From: a bacterium
GTDB lineage: Bacteria > UBA8248
Direction: 5' to 3'
Length of the DNA: 23,285 bases
NCBI GenBank assembly: GCA_965202625.1
Contig: CBDBBI010000007.1
Span: 1-23,285, forward strand
A program made the translations under genes and the position numbers. Of the stretch, positions 22,307 to 23,285 are shown piece after piece; position 1 is the first letter of the stretch, and each line of letters opens with the position of its first letter. Under the pieces are notes generated by a model. The model was not told the origin of the DNA. It did not search any database and saw only the letters and a list, made by a program, of their open reading frames with translations.

Positions 22307-22431
22307 CCGGAGACGCGGAGATCCTCGCCGCCGCCACGCTCGACGACTCGCTTTGAACGGCTTTTCAAGGTTTTTTCACGGCCATTTACGCCCGAAAAAT
22401 GTCCATTCTCCAGGGCATTCTGAATTATTTT
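22307..22431 (+). repeat. Diverged dispersed non-coding repeat, copy 2
   Basis: Collinear blocks shared with 2803-2942 (see copy 1). Confidence 0.7.
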
Positions 22432-22499
22432 CGCATAAATGCGCAATGATTTTTACTCAGCTACAAGGGTTTTCAAGTCGCACGCAGGGCCTGGGGGAA

Positions 22500-22901
22500 T
22501 CACTTCGACGATTTCAGGGGGGTCCGGTTCCACCACAAAACCAGCAAAACCACCCCCAAGCTCACAATCGGAGCGACAACAGCAGCACCAATGCCAGCTA
22601 TGTGAACGGCGGTGGAAATGACGTCGTAGAAAGCGGGCGTGCTGAAACCCCCTTTGGCCACAACATACAATTTTGCCGCCGTGCGAAAAGCCAGGACGGT
22701 CAGGTTTCCTGCTACGAATCCGGCGAGGGCGGCCGCAACCCGTCTCCACGCTCCACCGCGACTGAAAATCGGCACGGCGACGCTGATGAGGCTGATAAAA
22801 CCGGACGAACGTCCGAAGATCATCACTCCAACAGTCCCTACCACAACCCAAGCGACCAAAACCAGCAAGATTTTCTTGAACGCCCAGATGATTTTCTGCA
22901 T
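22500..22901 (-). CDS. Hypothetical small integral membrane protein
   Basis: 133 aa with about 4 hydrophobic segments. RBS TAAGGA upstream of the ATG. Same strand as its neighbours. Confidence 0.65.
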   Translation of the reverse strand: MQKIIWAFKKILLVLVAWVVVGTVGVMIFGRSSGFISLISVAVPIFSRGGAWRRVAAALAGFVAGNLTVLAFRTAAKLYVVAKGGFSTPAFYDVISTAVHIAGIGAAVVAPIVSLGVVLLVLWWNRTPLKSSK

Positions 22902-23008
22902 GATTTCCTTACGAAATTTTCACGTCATAAGAAGGGCACGCCCCCCCACCGGGCACCAAATCGAAGCCACCATTCGCGCCGGCTCGTTTGATGGGCTTGA
23001 CGCCTCGT

Positions 23009-23285
23009 CTAGTCAACCGACAAGACAATTTTCCCGAAAACCTCGCCCGTCATCAGCGCCTCGTGGGCGCGCGCGGCCTCAGCGAGCGGCATCGTCTCCC
23101 CTACGGCGGCGCGCACTCTCCCCTCGGCGAGCAGGAGATCCAACTGACGCGCCATGTCCGGAAACACGGGGTCCGAATTGAACAGGCTCATCCCCCGGAC
23201 GTCGATGTCCCTGGAATAGAAGGGGGGATAGTTCACCGAACCCACCGGGTTCTTGCCGGTCCCGGCGCCCAGCACGACGATGCAG
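23009..23285 (-). CDS. Qor/zeta-crystallin-like MDR, paralog C (C-terminal part; runs off the window)
   Basis: CIVVLGAGTGKNP...PLAEAARAHEALMTGEVFGKIVL aligns with the C-termini of paralogs A and B. The frame is open to the window end. Confidence 0.85.
   Translation of the reverse strand, partial: CIVVLGAGTGKNPVGSVNYPPFYSRDIDVRGMSLFNSDPVFPDMARQLDLLLAEGRVRAAVGETMPLAEAARAHEALMTGEVFGKIVLSVD

Noticed and set aside
21024-22991. 655-aa + strand ORF
   Set aside because: Antisense to the CoA-transferase and the membrane ORF; Arg/Ala-rich low-information translation.

Overview
GC-rich bacterial chromosomal window. It begins with yqeC (5'-truncated), xdhC and comF. A ~7.5 kb defence islet follows, starting at a decayed 3' half of an initiator tRNA-Met (att-like scar) and carrying a type I restriction-modification operon (hsdM-hsdS-hsdR, minus strand). 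The best candidate for an undescribed system lies between hsdS and hsdR, the slot PrrC occupies in EcoprrI. It is a lower-GC 216-aa ORF with a HEPN-type R-N-x3-H motif, no ATPase domain and a short extra C-terminal domain, linked to hsdS by a 14-codon mini-ORF, so that every junction in the operon is a stop/start overlap. The rest is metabolic or housekeeping: pdxA-family, a comD/comE-like TPP decarboxylase pair, L-2-haloacid dehalogenase downstream of two tandem Qor-like reductases, DUF1194, CCA-adding enzyme, an orphan pyrR, EamA transporter, alpha/beta hydrolase, family III CoA-transferase, a small membrane protein and a third Qor-like gene. A diverged ~130-140 bp non-coding repeat occurs at ~2.8 kb and ~22.3 kb. 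All calls come from reading motifs by eye; no searches were run.
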